Positions 10,150 through 19,060 of a stretch of 64,000 bases of DNA are shown here, one piece after another (within the stretch, counting starts at the first letter, position 1; the number at the start of each line of letters is the position of its first letter). This DNA comes from Thermodesulfovibrionales bacterium (GTDB taxonomy: Bacteria; Nitrospirota; Thermodesulfovibrionia; Thermodesulfovibrionales; Dissulfurispiraceae): contig JAOAHE010000003.1 of assembly GCA_026415415.1 (NCBI GenBank), positions 1,624 through 65,623 of the forward strand, in the 5' to 3' direction. Under the pieces are notes generated by a model. That model did no database searches and had not been told where the DNA came from. It saw nothing but the letters and a program-made list of their open reading frames with translations. Both the position numbers and the translations under genes were made by a program.

Positions 10150-12082
10150 AGTTTTTAAATTCCACTAAAGAATTAGTAACCCTACATTCTGGAAGTGATT
10201 TTATAAACTCTTTACCATAACCTTTAATAATAATTCTTGAATCTAAAATTGCTACCACCCCTTTATCGCTTTTAGATCTAACCAGTCTTCCAAATCCTTG
10301 TTTTAGGAGAATTGCAGCGGTTGGTATCTGATAGTGATAAAAGGGATTTTTCCCACTATTTATAAGTAGCTCCATCCTCGCCTGTACCAGAGGTTCATCG
10401 GGAACAGCAAAGGGAAGCTTTGTGATAACGACACATTGCAGTTCATCACCAGGGAGATCAATCCCTTGCCAAAAGGTATAAGTACCTAAAAGCACTGAGT
10501 TGTCAATCTTTTTAAACTCCTCTATTAATGTGTAACTATCTGCTTCACCTTGTTTCAAAAAAATTAAATTAGTATCCTGGCTTAACCTTTCATAAGTTTT
10601 GTTTAGGAGGCGATAATTAGTAAAAAGCACCAGTGTCCTCCCCTTTGTGATCTCAACAATATCTTTAACCTTTTTTATAACCTCTTCATCAAAAAACTCC
10701 TCATTAGGCTCTGGCATATCATCAGGAATATATATCAAGACTTGGTCTTTATAATTAAAGGGAGATTTAAGTAAAAGACTGTCTGCTTCTTGTATACCTA
10801 AACGCTCTTTTATAAAATCAAAATTCCCGTTTGTAGATAAAGTAGCAGAGCATAATATAGAAGGTCTTAAAATATCAAAAACATTTTTTTTAATTAATAA
10901 AGCTATATCAATTGGGGTCGCTACAAGTCTTATTGATTTAGCTTCTTTTTCAGCCCAATAAACATGATTTTCAAGCCTCTTTTGAAGTAATAAACCCAAA
11001 GATGAAATAAATCCATCGGTTTTCTGTAACAGTGCAATGATCTCTACTAAGTCTTCGTCTTCCTCATCTTGGCAATCTTCTTTTAATTTTTTTAGATTAA
11101 AAGATAGTTCTACTAATACTTCGGAGATATTATCTTTGAAATTGTTATCTGTGTAAATTCTTTTTGTTGATGAATTGCCAAGAAAATTAGAAACTGCAAG
11201 AAAAAAAATATCAACAGAGGTATTCAATATATTTACAACTCTTATAATTTTTTCCTTTACCTTATTATTAAGCCATTTAGGTTGGGCAAGAAACCCCCGT
11301 TCAGATATGTTTTTAATGGAATCAAGGTGGTATTTAAAGCTACTCTTTGAGAACTCTGTGGATAGATAAATTGCAGCGACATCCTCAAGTTCATGGGCTT
11401 CATCTAATACAGAACTATGGAAAAGAGGCAATACATTCCAGTTGGACACAACATTTGCAAAAAAAAGATGATGATTTATCACAATGATATGGGATTGCCT
11501 CTCTTTTGATTTTGCTTTTTGATAAAAGCACTTATTGTAAAATTTACATTTTTTTCCAAAGCAAGCATCACTGTCCCTACATACTTTTAGCCATGTATAA
11601 TTAGAAATCTCCAATTCGTATTTAACGCCAGAAGTAGTCCGTTTAGACCAACTAAGCAGGTTTCTAATTTGCCAGTCAGGTTCATCAAACAAACCAGTAG
11701 ATAGAGTTTTATCAAGTCTTCTAAGACAGAGATAGTTTTCACTTCCTAAGGAAAGGGTATAATTTAAATCATGAAAGATATTTTCTTTAAGAAATGGTAA
11801 CTCTTTTTCAATAAGTTGCCTCTGTAATGCTTTTGTATAAGTAGATACAACTGCTTTTCTATATTCTTCATCCCCCTCTTGAACCCATTTAATTAACGGA
11901 ATGAGATACGCTAAGCTTTTACCTACTCCTGTTCCAGCTTCAACAATTAGATGTTTTTTTTCTATGAGTGCTTTGTTGATGGCTAAAGCCATCTCGATTT
12001 GATCGGGTCTGATCTCATAATTAGTAAGAACTTTAAGGATATCTGTAAACTCTTTTTGAAAAGCTAAACTAAGGGAGCTCAT
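10127..12082 (-). CDS. dinG: DinG/XPD-family ATP-dependent DNA helicase with Fe-S domain
   Basis: Walker A EAGTGVGKS, DEAH box (LDEAHEL), and a Cys cluster (CLRRL...CRDSDACFGKKCKFYNKC) between them, as in Rad3/XPD-type helicases. 651 aa. The 3' end overlaps ogt convergently by 23 nt. Confidence 0.8.
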   Translation of the reverse strand: MSSLSLAFQKEFTDILKVLTNYEIRPDQIEMALAINKALIEKKHLIVEAGTGVGKSLAYLIPLIKWVQEGDEEYRKAVVSTYTKALQRQLIEKELPFLKENIFHDLNYTLSLGSENYLCLRRLDKTLSTGLFDEPDWQIRNLLSWSKRTTSGVKYELEISNYTWLKVCRDSDACFGKKCKFYNKCFYQKAKSKERQSHIIVINHHLFFANVVSNWNVLPLFHSSVLDEAHELEDVAAIYLSTEFSKSSFKYHLDSIKNISERGFLAQPKWLNNKVKEKIIRVVNILNTSVDIFFLAVSNFLGNSSTKRIYTDNNFKDNISEVLVELSFNLKKLKEDCQDEEDEDLVEIIALLQKTDGFISSLGLLLQKRLENHVYWAEKEAKSIRLVATPIDIALLIKKNVFDILRPSILCSATLSTNGNFDFIKERLGIQEADSLLLKSPFNYKDQVLIYIPDDMPEPNEEFFDEEVIKKVKDIVEITKGRTLVLFTNYRLLNKTYERLSQDTNLIFLKQGEADSYTLIEEFKKIDNSVLLGTYTFWQGIDLPGDELQCVVITKLPFAVPDEPLVQARMELLINSGKNPFYHYQIPTAAILLKQGFGRLVRSKSDKGVVAILDSRIIIKGYGKEFIKSLPECRVTNSLVEFKNFMETLKG

Positions 12083-12170
12083 ATGATCTATGAATATTTT
12101 TTTTGATCCTTTTAAACTATTATAATAAATTGCAGATAGTTAATGCTGATAATTTAGAAAAGTACAATTT

Positions 12171-12566
12171 ATGAAAAAAAGGGTTGTTTGTGCAGGCACA
12201 TTTGATCATCTTCACCCGGGGCATCTTGATTTCTTAAGGCAGGCGAAAGCCCTTGGTGATGAACTAATCGTTATAGTCGCGCGCGATGAAACAGTAAAAC
12301 GAATAAAAGGTTTTTTACCTACTGATAGCGAAGAAGTAAGGAAAAGAAATGTAGAGCAAACAAATATAGCTGATAAGGTAGTATTAGGCAATTATAATGC
12401 TGATATCTTTGAGATCCTTAAAGCTCTCAAACCTGATATTGTAGCTTTAGGTTACGATCAGAGGGTCAAAGAGACTGAGATTTTAAAGAGATTTACACAC
12501 TTAAAAGTCATAAGGCTAAGTCCTTACCAAGCTGACAAATACAAATCGTCCTTTTATAGAAAATAA
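12171..12566 (+). CDS. Small cytidylyltransferase-fold nucleotidyltransferase, archaeal RibL-like (possible FMN adenylyltransferase)
   Basis: 131 aa. AGTFDHLHPGH (HxGH) near the N-terminus, LGDELIVIVARDETVK, and PDIVALGYDQ. Size and motifs match my memory of the stand-alone archaeal FAD synthetase RibL. Confidence 0.6.
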   Translation: MKKRVVCAGTFDHLHPGHLDFLRQAKALGDELIVIVARDETVKRIKGFLPTDSEEVRKRNVEQTNIADKVVLGNYNADIFEILKALKPDIVALGYDQRVKETEILKRFTHLKVIRLSPYQADKYKSSFYRK

Positions 12567-12865
12567 GCTAAGATTAGCTCAATCATTTAACATTTGTAAG
12601 CTACTGCTTAATGGTAGCCATTAAGACCCCCTTGGACATATAAAGTTTTTTTTGCAAAATAAAATCAATAAATAATATATTAGATTCAGTGCAGGAATTG
12701 AAAGATAAAATATCTTCTTTAAGTTAGCTTTTTTACTGATATTTCAATAACTTGCAAAACATTTATGGTATAAAAACGCAACTCCGCCTGAGGTCTCTCC
12801 ATACCGTTAAAAATTTTTATATAAATAATTTTATAATTTGTATTTAAATCTACTTTAGAGAGATT

Positions 12866-13819
12866 TTATTTTGTAGCGCTTATAATTATGCAATCTTCAA
12901 ACATTACTTTCTCAAATCTTTTAAGTCCGGCTTTTTTGCACCACTTTTTAATCTCATCGGGGCTGTAACACCTACCTCTTGCTGTATTTACAAGCATATT
13001 TACTGCAAATATGGCGCTTTTGGCAGGATTTGAGAGAGAGTTATCTATATAAAACTCTTGAATAACCACTCTTCCCTTTTGATTAAGTGCTTTCACAGAT
13101 TTATCAATAATCTTTATATTTTCATCTTCTGAAAAAGCGTGTAGGATCTGACTAATAAAGATTAAGTCGTAACCACTGCCTATATCATCAACAAGAAAAT
13201 CACCTGCTAATAAATCAATAGAGATAATACCAGAATCATTGATAATTTCCTTTGCAACTTCGATAGTCTCGGGTAGGTCAAAAAGTGTAACTGATATGCC
13301 TTTTTTTGCCATTTCAATTGAATAGGTGCCAGGACCACCTCCTAAATCAAGTGCTTTTCTAACACCACTAAGATTAATCTTATTTAATACTGTCTTAGCT
13401 TTTAATTTTGATATATCATGCATGCCTCTAATGAAAGAGGCATTGTCCATTGCTATACGGGCTGGTTTCCCTGTTTTAACAATATTCTCAAGCTCTGACC
13501 AGTTTCTCCAGATAGTATCCATGTGTTTTACTATATTACCGTGGTAGTATGGACTATCACTGACTAAGAAGCGATTAGTTAAGGAAGTGTTGTGATATCC
13601 TTTAGATGTTTTCTTAAGTAACCTTAATCCTGTGAGAGCATCAAGTAGAATTTTTGTAGCTCTTAAATCTGTTTGCAAAGATGATGAGATCTCTTGGGCA
13701 CTTTTAGGAGATTTAAGATGCTCAAAAATCTCTAAGCTATTGGCAGTTAATAGTATCTTTGAAGACCAATAACCTCCCCATAGCATTCTTAAAGAATTGA
13801 GTTCATCTTTCAATTTCAT
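12866..13819 (-). CDS. SAM-dependent O-methyltransferase, family 2 (COMT/ASMT-like) with N-terminal dimerisation/wHTH region
   Basis: 317 aa. SAM motif I ALDLGGGPGTYS, a DLPE acidic loop, and an N-terminal helical region typical of Methyltransf_2 proteins. Divergent from the B12 riboswitch. Confidence 0.75.
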   Translation of the reverse strand: MKLKDELNSLRMLWGGYWSSKILLTANSLEIFEHLKSPKSAQEISSSLQTDLRATKILLDALTGLRLLKKTSKGYHNTSLTNRFLVSDSPYYHGNIVKHMDTIWRNWSELENIVKTGKPARIAMDNASFIRGMHDISKLKAKTVLNKINLSGVRKALDLGGGPGTYSIEMAKKGISVTLFDLPETIEVAKEIINDSGIISIDLLAGDFLVDDIGSGYDLIFISQILHAFSEDENIKIIDKSVKALNQKGRVVIQEFYIDNSLSNPAKSAIFAVNMLVNTARGRCYSPDEIKKWCKKAGLKRFEKVMFEDCIIISATK

Positions 13820-13839
13820 GATAATCCCTCTTATTTAAA

Positions 13840-13868
13840 TTGATTTTTTTACTATAAATTCGTATATA
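13840..13868 (+). promoter_or_regulatory. Putative sigma70-type promoter of the riboswitch-led cobamide operon
   Basis: TTGATT (13840-13845), a 17-nt spacer, then TATATA(AT) (13863-13868). This puts the start site just before riboswitch P1 at 13876. Confidence 0.4.
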
Positions 13869-13875
13869 ATAACAC

Positions 13876-14120
13876 ATCAGGTGCCAAAAGGCTTAATAGG
13901 GAATCCTGTGAGGTTTTATAAAAACCAAGTCAGGAGCGGTCCCGCCGCTGTAACCGGGACGAAAGCCCAGCAAGACAGAGAGATAGTTTTAAAGATTAAT
14001 TAATTGTAGTAAACTGTAAGCTAAAATGATGAGAAGCTGTCTAAGCCACTGAGAGGGATACCTCTTGGGAAGGCGGGTGAGTAGGTTAATGAAAACCGGA
14101 AGCCAGAAGACCTGCCTGAT
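13876..14120 (+). promoter_or_regulatory. Cobalamin (B12) riboswitch aptamer
   Basis: P1 ATCAGG (13876-13881) pairs with CCTGAT (14115-14120). Core elements: TAGGGAATCCTGTGAGG, GCGGTCCCGCCGCTGTAA, GCCACTG, GGGAAGGC, and B12 box AGCCAGAAGACCTGCC. An AT-rich peripheral hairpin insertion is closed by AGACAG/CTGTCT. Confidence 0.85.
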
Positions 14121-14231
14121 AAAGAAGGGATTAGGAAATAGGGGGTAGGGAATAAAAGCTTAAAAACCCCTTAATCTTTAATATGCCTTTTCGTGGAAAA
14201 GGGCAGGGGATGAAGTGAAAAAGGGTGCAAT

Positions 14232-14265
14232 CCTCAGGGCTTTAGCTCTGAGGTTTTTTATTTTT
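14232..14265 (+). terminator. Intrinsic terminator (riboswitch expression platform)
   Basis: Stem CCTCAGGGC / GCTCTGAGG (one G-U) with loop TTTA, followed by TTTTTTATTTTT. It lies 11 nt upstream of the first ATG (14277). Confidence 0.7.
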
Positions 14266-14276
14266 GGGAGGATTAT

Positions 14277-15578
14277 ATGACACAGCTTCAAAGGGCATCC
14301 CAGGGTATAGTAACCCCTGAGATTGAAAAAGTAGCAAAGGATGAAGGTGTAGAAATTGAGACTGTCAGAAGGCGAGTAGCTTCTGGAAAGATAGTTATTC
14401 CAGCCAATAGTAAAAGAAAATCAAAAATAGTTGGTATTGGAAAAGGGTTAAGGACAAAGGTAAATGCTTCAATAGGTACATCTACTGATATCATTGATAT
14501 TGAAATGGAGGTTAAAAAGGCTCAGATTGCAGAAAGATACGGTGCAGATACTTTAATGGATTTAAGCGTAGGTGGCAATATAGAGGCGATTAGAAAGGCT
14601 GTGATGAGTTCAGTTAACCTTCCCATAGGAACAGTACCCCTTTATGAAGCCTTTGCTCTGGCGATAGAAAAATACGGTGCTGCTGTCAAGATGCCTGAAG
14701 AGCTTCTCTTTGAGATTACAGAAAAGCAGTGTGCAGAAGGGGTATCTTTCATGGCGATTCATTGTGGGATAAACAGGAGGACTGTTGAGATGCTCAGGAA
14801 ACAGCACTATCGGTATGGTGGGCTTGTCTCAAAAGGTGGCTCCTACATGGTTGCTTGGATGGAGCATAATAATAAAGAAAATCCCCTATATGAACGCTTT
14901 GATAGAGTGGTAGAGATACTTAGAAAATATGATGTTGTACTAAGCCTTGGCAATGGCTTCAGGGCTGGTGCCATCCATGATGCAAACGATAGGGTACAAA
15001 TTCAAGAGCTGATTATTAATTGTGAGTTAGCCGAGATCGGCAGAGAAGCAGGATGTCAGACAATGGTTGAAGGACCTGGTCATATCCCCATAAACGAGAT
15101 TGAGGCTAATATAATATTGGAAAAAAAGATGAGCGGTGAGTCTCCTTTCTATATGTTGGGCCCCATAACTACTGATATCGCCCCTGGCTATGACCACATC
15201 ACATCAGCAATTGGTGCGGCTCTTTCATCAGCCTATGGAGCAGACTTTATATGTTATGTAACCCCTGCCGAGCATTTAGGACTTCCTTTCCCTGAAGATG
15301 TTAGAGAAGGCATTATAGCTGCAAGGATAGCAGCTCATGTGGGAGACATGATTAAGAGAAAGGATATGAATTCTGACAAACTTATCTCAAAGGCTCGTAG
15401 GGATATGAACTGGAAAAGGCAGTTTGAGTTTGCTATAGACCCAGAAAGGGCAGAAGAGATTAAATCAAAAAGAGGCAATGGCGATGACTCAACTTGTACT
15501 ATGTGTGGTAAGTTCTGTGCAAACGGTATTTTGAAGGGCATGTTTGCAGAAGAGATGGAAGCCCATGACAAAAAATAG
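14277..15578 (+). CDS. bzaF: ThiC-family radical-SAM enzyme. Context indicates 5-hydroxybenzimidazole synthase (BzaF-type) rather than the thiamine HMP-P synthase ThiC
   Basis: 433 aa, collinear with ThiC (GIGKGLRTKVNASIGTS, MDLSVGG, FMAIHCG, C-terminal CTMCGKFC cluster motif). It lies directly behind a cobalamin riboswitch and abuts cobU (stop 15576-15578, ATG 15579). The family call is firm. The BzaF assignment is contextual. Confidence 0.65.
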   Translation: MTQLQRASQGIVTPEIEKVAKDEGVEIETVRRRVASGKIVIPANSKRKSKIVGIGKGLRTKVNASIGTSTDIIDIEMEVKKAQIAERYGADTLMDLSVGGNIEAIRKAVMSSVNLPIGTVPLYEAFALAIEKYGAAVKMPEELLFEITEKQCAEGVSFMAIHCGINRRTVEMLRKQHYRYGGLVSKGGSYMVAWMEHNNKENPLYERFDRVVEILRKYDVVLSLGNGFRAGAIHDANDRVQIQELIINCELAEIGREAGCQTMVEGPGHIPINEIEANIILEKKMSGESPFYMLGPITTDIAPGYDHITSAIGAALSSAYGADFICYVTPAEHLGLPFPEDVREGIIAARIAAHVGDMIKRKDMNSDKLISKARRDMNWKRQFEFAIDPERAEEIKSKRGNGDDSTCTMCGKFCANGILKGMFAEEMEAHDKK

Positions 15579-16124
15579 ATGATCAATCAAAGAAATAAAA
15601 TTATCTTCATAATAGGTGGTGCAAAGAGTGGCAAAAGCTCAATTGCTTTAAAGCATGCCTCTTCTCATTTAGGCAAAAAGGCTTATATCGCCACAGCTGA
15701 ACCCCTTGATTCTGAAATGTTTGAAAGAATTCAGATACATAAGAAACAAAGAGATAGTGGTTGGGAAGTCTTTGAAGAGCCACTATTAATTAGCAATACT
15801 GTTAATTCAGTTAAAGGGAAGTATGCTTCTATCATTCTTGATTGCCTTACACTTTGGATCTCAAATCTCTTAACAAAACAAGATGACAGAGGTTTTGTAG
15901 AACAAGAAATGCAAAACTTTATCAATGCTATTAATAATTTTAAAAATGGTTATGGCTGTCAACTTGTTATTGTATCTAACGAAGTTGGAATGGGGATCGT
16001 ACCTGATAACTCCTTAGCAAGATTATTTAGAGATATTGCTGGTTCTATAAATCAGCAGGTTGCAGAAGTAGCTGATGAGGTATATCTGGCTGTATCAGGA
16101 ATACCTCTTAAGATAAAAGGTTAA
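15579..16124 (+). CDS. cobU: Adenosylcobinamide kinase / adenosylcobinamide-phosphate guanylyltransferase
   Basis: P-loop GGAKSGKSS, a His-containing RIQIHKKQR segment, and VSNEVGMGIVP. 181 aa. Confidence 0.9.
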   Translation: MINQRNKIIFIIGGAKSGKSSIALKHASSHLGKKAYIATAEPLDSEMFERIQIHKKQRDSGWEVFEEPLLISNTVNSVKGKYASIILDCLTLWISNLLTKQDDRGFVEQEMQNFINAINNFKNGYGCQLVIVSNEVGMGIVPDNSLARLFRDIAGSINQQVAEVADEVYLAVSGIPLKIKG

Positions 16125-16343
16125 GTAATGTCAATTTTTTGATAAAGTGTGTTTATATGTTATTTTTACAAGTGTTAGATCAAAGACAGAAGTTACTATC
16201 TTTTACAATTGCTTATCCTTTTTAGTAAAAATCAAAGGTGTCTTTCCTCTAAGACAAAAAAAACTTAGGGGGGATTCTAAAGGAGTATGGTAGAAAAGTT
16301 AAAGTTTATACATAGTTGGTAAATAATTTTATGGGGATAAAAG

Positions 16344-17405
16344 ATGAGTTTATTGAAAGAAACTTTAAAAAAAATCAAACCTGTTGATAAAAATCTTTAT
16401 GAAGTTGCTCAGAGACATCTTGATAATCTTACTAAGCCACCAGGAAGTCTTGGTAGGCTTGAGGAATTCGCCCGAAGACTATATGCAATCTCAGAAGGTA
16501 GGATGCCCTTAATTAATAAGAAAGCAATCTTTACCTTTGCTGGTGACCATGGTGTTACAGAAGAAGGCGTTTCAGCCTATCCAAAAGAGGTAACTAAACA
16601 AATGGTCTTTAATTTTTTAAGAGGAGGAGCTGGAATTAATGTCCTTGCAAGGCATTCTGGTGCTGATGTAGTTGTTATTGATATAGGGGTTGATTATGAA
16701 TTTAATAATCCTGAAGGACTCATTATGAAAAAAGTTGTCAAAGGCACTAAAAACTTAGCAAACACCTCTGCCATGACAACCCAAGAAGCAGAGAAATGTA
16801 TTGAGGTTGGAATTGAACTTGCAAATGAATATGCAGAGAAAGGTTATAATCTTTTTGGGACAGGGGATATGGGTATCGGCAATACAACCCCTTCAAGCGC
16901 CATAGCTGCGGTTTTAACGGGGAGATCTGTAGCTGAGGTTACTGGTAAAGGTACAGGAATTACTGATGAGTCGCTGCTTAGGAAGATTAAAACTATTGAA
17001 AAGGCTATAAAGATTAATAATCCTGACCCAAAAGATCCAATAAATGTGCTTGCAAAGGTAGGAGGTTCAGAAATAGGAGGCATAGCTGGGATTATTCTGG
17101 GTGGCGCGGCGAATAGGATTCCTGTTGTGATAGATGGCTTTATATCAACAGCAGGTGCCTTGATTGCATACTGTTTAGAACCTAAGGTTGCTGATTATAT
17201 GTTTGCTGCTCATAATTCTGTAGAGAAAGGCCATATGGCTATGCTTGCAATGATTGGGTTGAAACCAATACTTAATCTTGATTTAAGATTAGGAGAAGGT
17301 ACAGGAGCTGCTCTTGCGATGATGCTGATAGAGGCGGGTCTTAAGATTTATAAAGAGATGGCAACCTTTGCAGACGCTGGTGTCTCAAATGAGGTTCAAA
17401 ATTAG
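16344..17405 (+). CDS. cobT: Nicotinate-nucleotide--dimethylbenzimidazole phosphoribosyltransferase
   Basis: [22 protein letters not shown], and [12 protein letters not shown] motifs. 353 aa. Confidence 0.92.
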   Translation: MSLLKETLKKIKPVDKNLYEVAQRHLDNLTKPPGSLGRLEEFARRLYAISEGRMPLINKKAIFTFAGDHGVTEEGVSAYPKEVTKQMVFNFLRGGAGINVLARHSGADVVVIDIGVDYEFNNPEGLIMKKVVKGTKNLANTSAMTTQEAEKCIEVGIELANEYAEKGYNLFGTGDMGIGNTTPSSAIAAVLTGRSVAEVTGKGTGITDESLLRKIKTIEKAIKINNPDPKDPINVLAKVGGSEIGGIAGIILGGAANRIPVVIDGFISTAGALIAYCLEPKVADYMFAAHNSVEKGHMAMLAMIGLKPILNLDLRLGEGTGAALAMMLIEAGLKIYKEMATFADAGVSNEVQN

Positions 17406-17411
17406 AGATTA

Positions 17412-18236
17412 TTGTTTGCTAATTTTATGAGAAGTTTTATGATCGCACTACAGTTCTTGACGATTATACCAATAGATGTAAAAACTACATATACTGAAAG
17501 GGATATTGCAAAAAGCTCATCAGCATTTATATTTGTAGGTCTTCTGCAGGGGCTAATGCTTATATTAATTAGCCTTGCTTTAAGTCTTATATTCAATGAA
17601 GAACTTGTCATAGCCTTAATGCTTCTTTTTCTTGTACTTTTAAATGGTGGGTTTCATCTTGACGGCCTCTCAGACACCTTTGATGCACTCTCTGTGAAGT
17701 CATCTGGGGATATAGAAAAGGACATGCATAAAAGATTGGCGATAATGAAAGACTCAACAGCAGGACCCATCGGGATTACTTCTATCATTTTCATACTTGC
17801 ATTAAAGTATCTTTGTTTAAAAGCCATAACCAATATGTCTTATTTTATTCTTTACTCAACATTTCTTTTTATGCCTGTTGTATCTAAATGGACAATGGTG
17901 ACAGCTATGTTTTATGGTAAATCTGCTAAGAAAGAAGGTCTTGGCAGAATATTTATAGAAGGGGTCAAGGAAAAAGAGTTTATCTTTTCTACGATAATTT
18001 TCATTATTCTATTATTAACTGTTCACGTAGGATTTATAACTTTTGCTCCCAAGTGGCAGTATATTTTTAATATGCTACTTTTAGTTACATTATATCTCTT
18101 TAGTCGTTTGTGGATAATGCTTTGTGATAAAAAATTTGGAGGACTCACAGGTGATACCTTGGGTGCCCTTAGTGAGATTACTGAGACAATATTTTTATTG
18201 CTGGTGATAGTGTGGTCACGACTTTATATCTTATAA
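17412..18236 (+). CDS. cobS: Adenosylcobinamide-GDP ribazoletransferase (cobalamin synthase)
   Basis: Polytopic membrane ORF with FLTIIPI and GGFHLDGLSDTFDAL motifs. 274 aa. Confidence 0.88.
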   Translation: MFANFMRSFMIALQFLTIIPIDVKTTYTERDIAKSSSAFIFVGLLQGLMLILISLALSLIFNEELVIALMLLFLVLLNGGFHLDGLSDTFDALSVKSSGDIEKDMHKRLAIMKDSTAGPIGITSIIFILALKYLCLKAITNMSYFILYSTFLFMPVVSKWTMVTAMFYGKSAKKEGLGRIFIEGVKEKEFIFSTIIFIILLLTVHVGFITFAPKWQYIFNMLLLVTLYLFSRLWIMLCDKKFGGLTGDTLGALSEITETIFLLLVIVWSRLYIL

Positions 18237-18895
18237 GGCATGGAGCAACTGCAGGGGATGATGTTAAAAGATACAAAGGTAGTATTGATGTCCCTTTGTC
18301 TGAAAGAGGTGTTGAACAGATAAATAGATCTTTGAACTTTATACAAGAACACTCTAAAAAAACTGTTCTTCATAGACAGCAGAACTATCTTGTAGATATA
18401 CATGGTGGACAAACTAATGGAGACGGAACCCTTAAAGCTGTATATTGCTCACCCTTAAGTAGAGCAGTAAAAAGCGCTGAGATAATAGCAAACCATTATG
18501 GCATAAGACCCATTGAAGTAGCTGATCTTACAGAAAGAAACTTTGGTAGCTGGGAAGGCATGACCTATCTTGAGATTAAGGAAAAATTCCCAGAAGAGTT
18601 TAGTAAATGGGCATCAAATCCTCTTAAATATTGTCCTCCAGGTGGAGAGAGTACAATAGAGGTACGAGATAGGGTTATAAAAGCAATAGAAAATATTGTA
18701 AACATTCATAAAGTCAAAGGTGATAACATAGCAGTTGTTGCCCATGGAGGTGTCAATAGAATTATCTTGTGCTATTTCATGGGAGTTCCACTTGAAAATA
18801 TATTTAGGATTGAACAGGATCACGCTTCAGTAAATATAATTGAGTTTTGGGATAGATACCCTGTAATCAAATTGGTTAATGGGGTGTATTATTAA
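18212..18895 (+). CDS. cobC: Alpha-ribazole phosphatase (histidine phosphatase family)
   Basis: LYLIRHGAT catalytic RHG motif and a later HGG motif. GTG start overlapping cobS by 25 nt. Position after cobS supports the CobC role. Contains a short insert after the first helix. Confidence 0.78.
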   Translation: MVTTLYLIRHGATAGDDVKRYKGSIDVPLSERGVEQINRSLNFIQEHSKKTVLHRQQNYLVDIHGGQTNGDGTLKAVYCSPLSRAVKSAEIIANHYGIRPIEVADLTERNFGSWEGMTYLEIKEKFPEEFSKWASNPLKYCPPGGESTIEVRDRVIKAIENIVNIHKVKGDNIAVVAHGGVNRIILCYFMGVPLENIFRIEQDHASVNIIEFWDRYPVIKLVNGVYY

Positions 18896-19060
18896 AGATA
18901 TCATACAAAAAAATTATGCAGAATCAATATCTCAAGGGATTAAATATTTTAGCGAAAGTGTTATCTTCATAAAGATAATTTGGATGAGGAGGAGCTTAAA
19001 GCGACAGCTAATTTACTTACATCTATCAATATCTTTTTAGTTTATAAAGAGAGGTACATT

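Noticed and set aside
13876-14120. Possible TPP riboswitch upstream of the thiC-like gene. The leader contains CTGAGA and an ACCTG...CTGAT stretch.
   Set aside because: The CTGAGA is part of GCCACTGAGAGG. The rest of the leader matches cobalamin-riboswitch elements (GGGAA..., CCCGCCGCTGTAA, GCCACTG, GGGAAGGC, B12 box), and the TPP pyrimidine/pyrophosphate helices are not present.
16125-16343. Second cobalamin riboswitch or other structured RNA in the cobU-cobT gap.
   Set aside because: No GCCACTG, B12 box or GGGAA core is present. The gap is AT-rich with no convincing helices. It more likely holds an internal promoter or spacer.
18980-19060. 27-aa N-terminal extension of cobQ given by the ORF track (MDEEELKATANLL...).
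   Set aside because: The conserved CobQ N-terminus (MIQGTGSGVGKS) begins just after ATG 19061, which has an AGAGAGG Shine-Dalgarno. The extension has no counterpart in the family.
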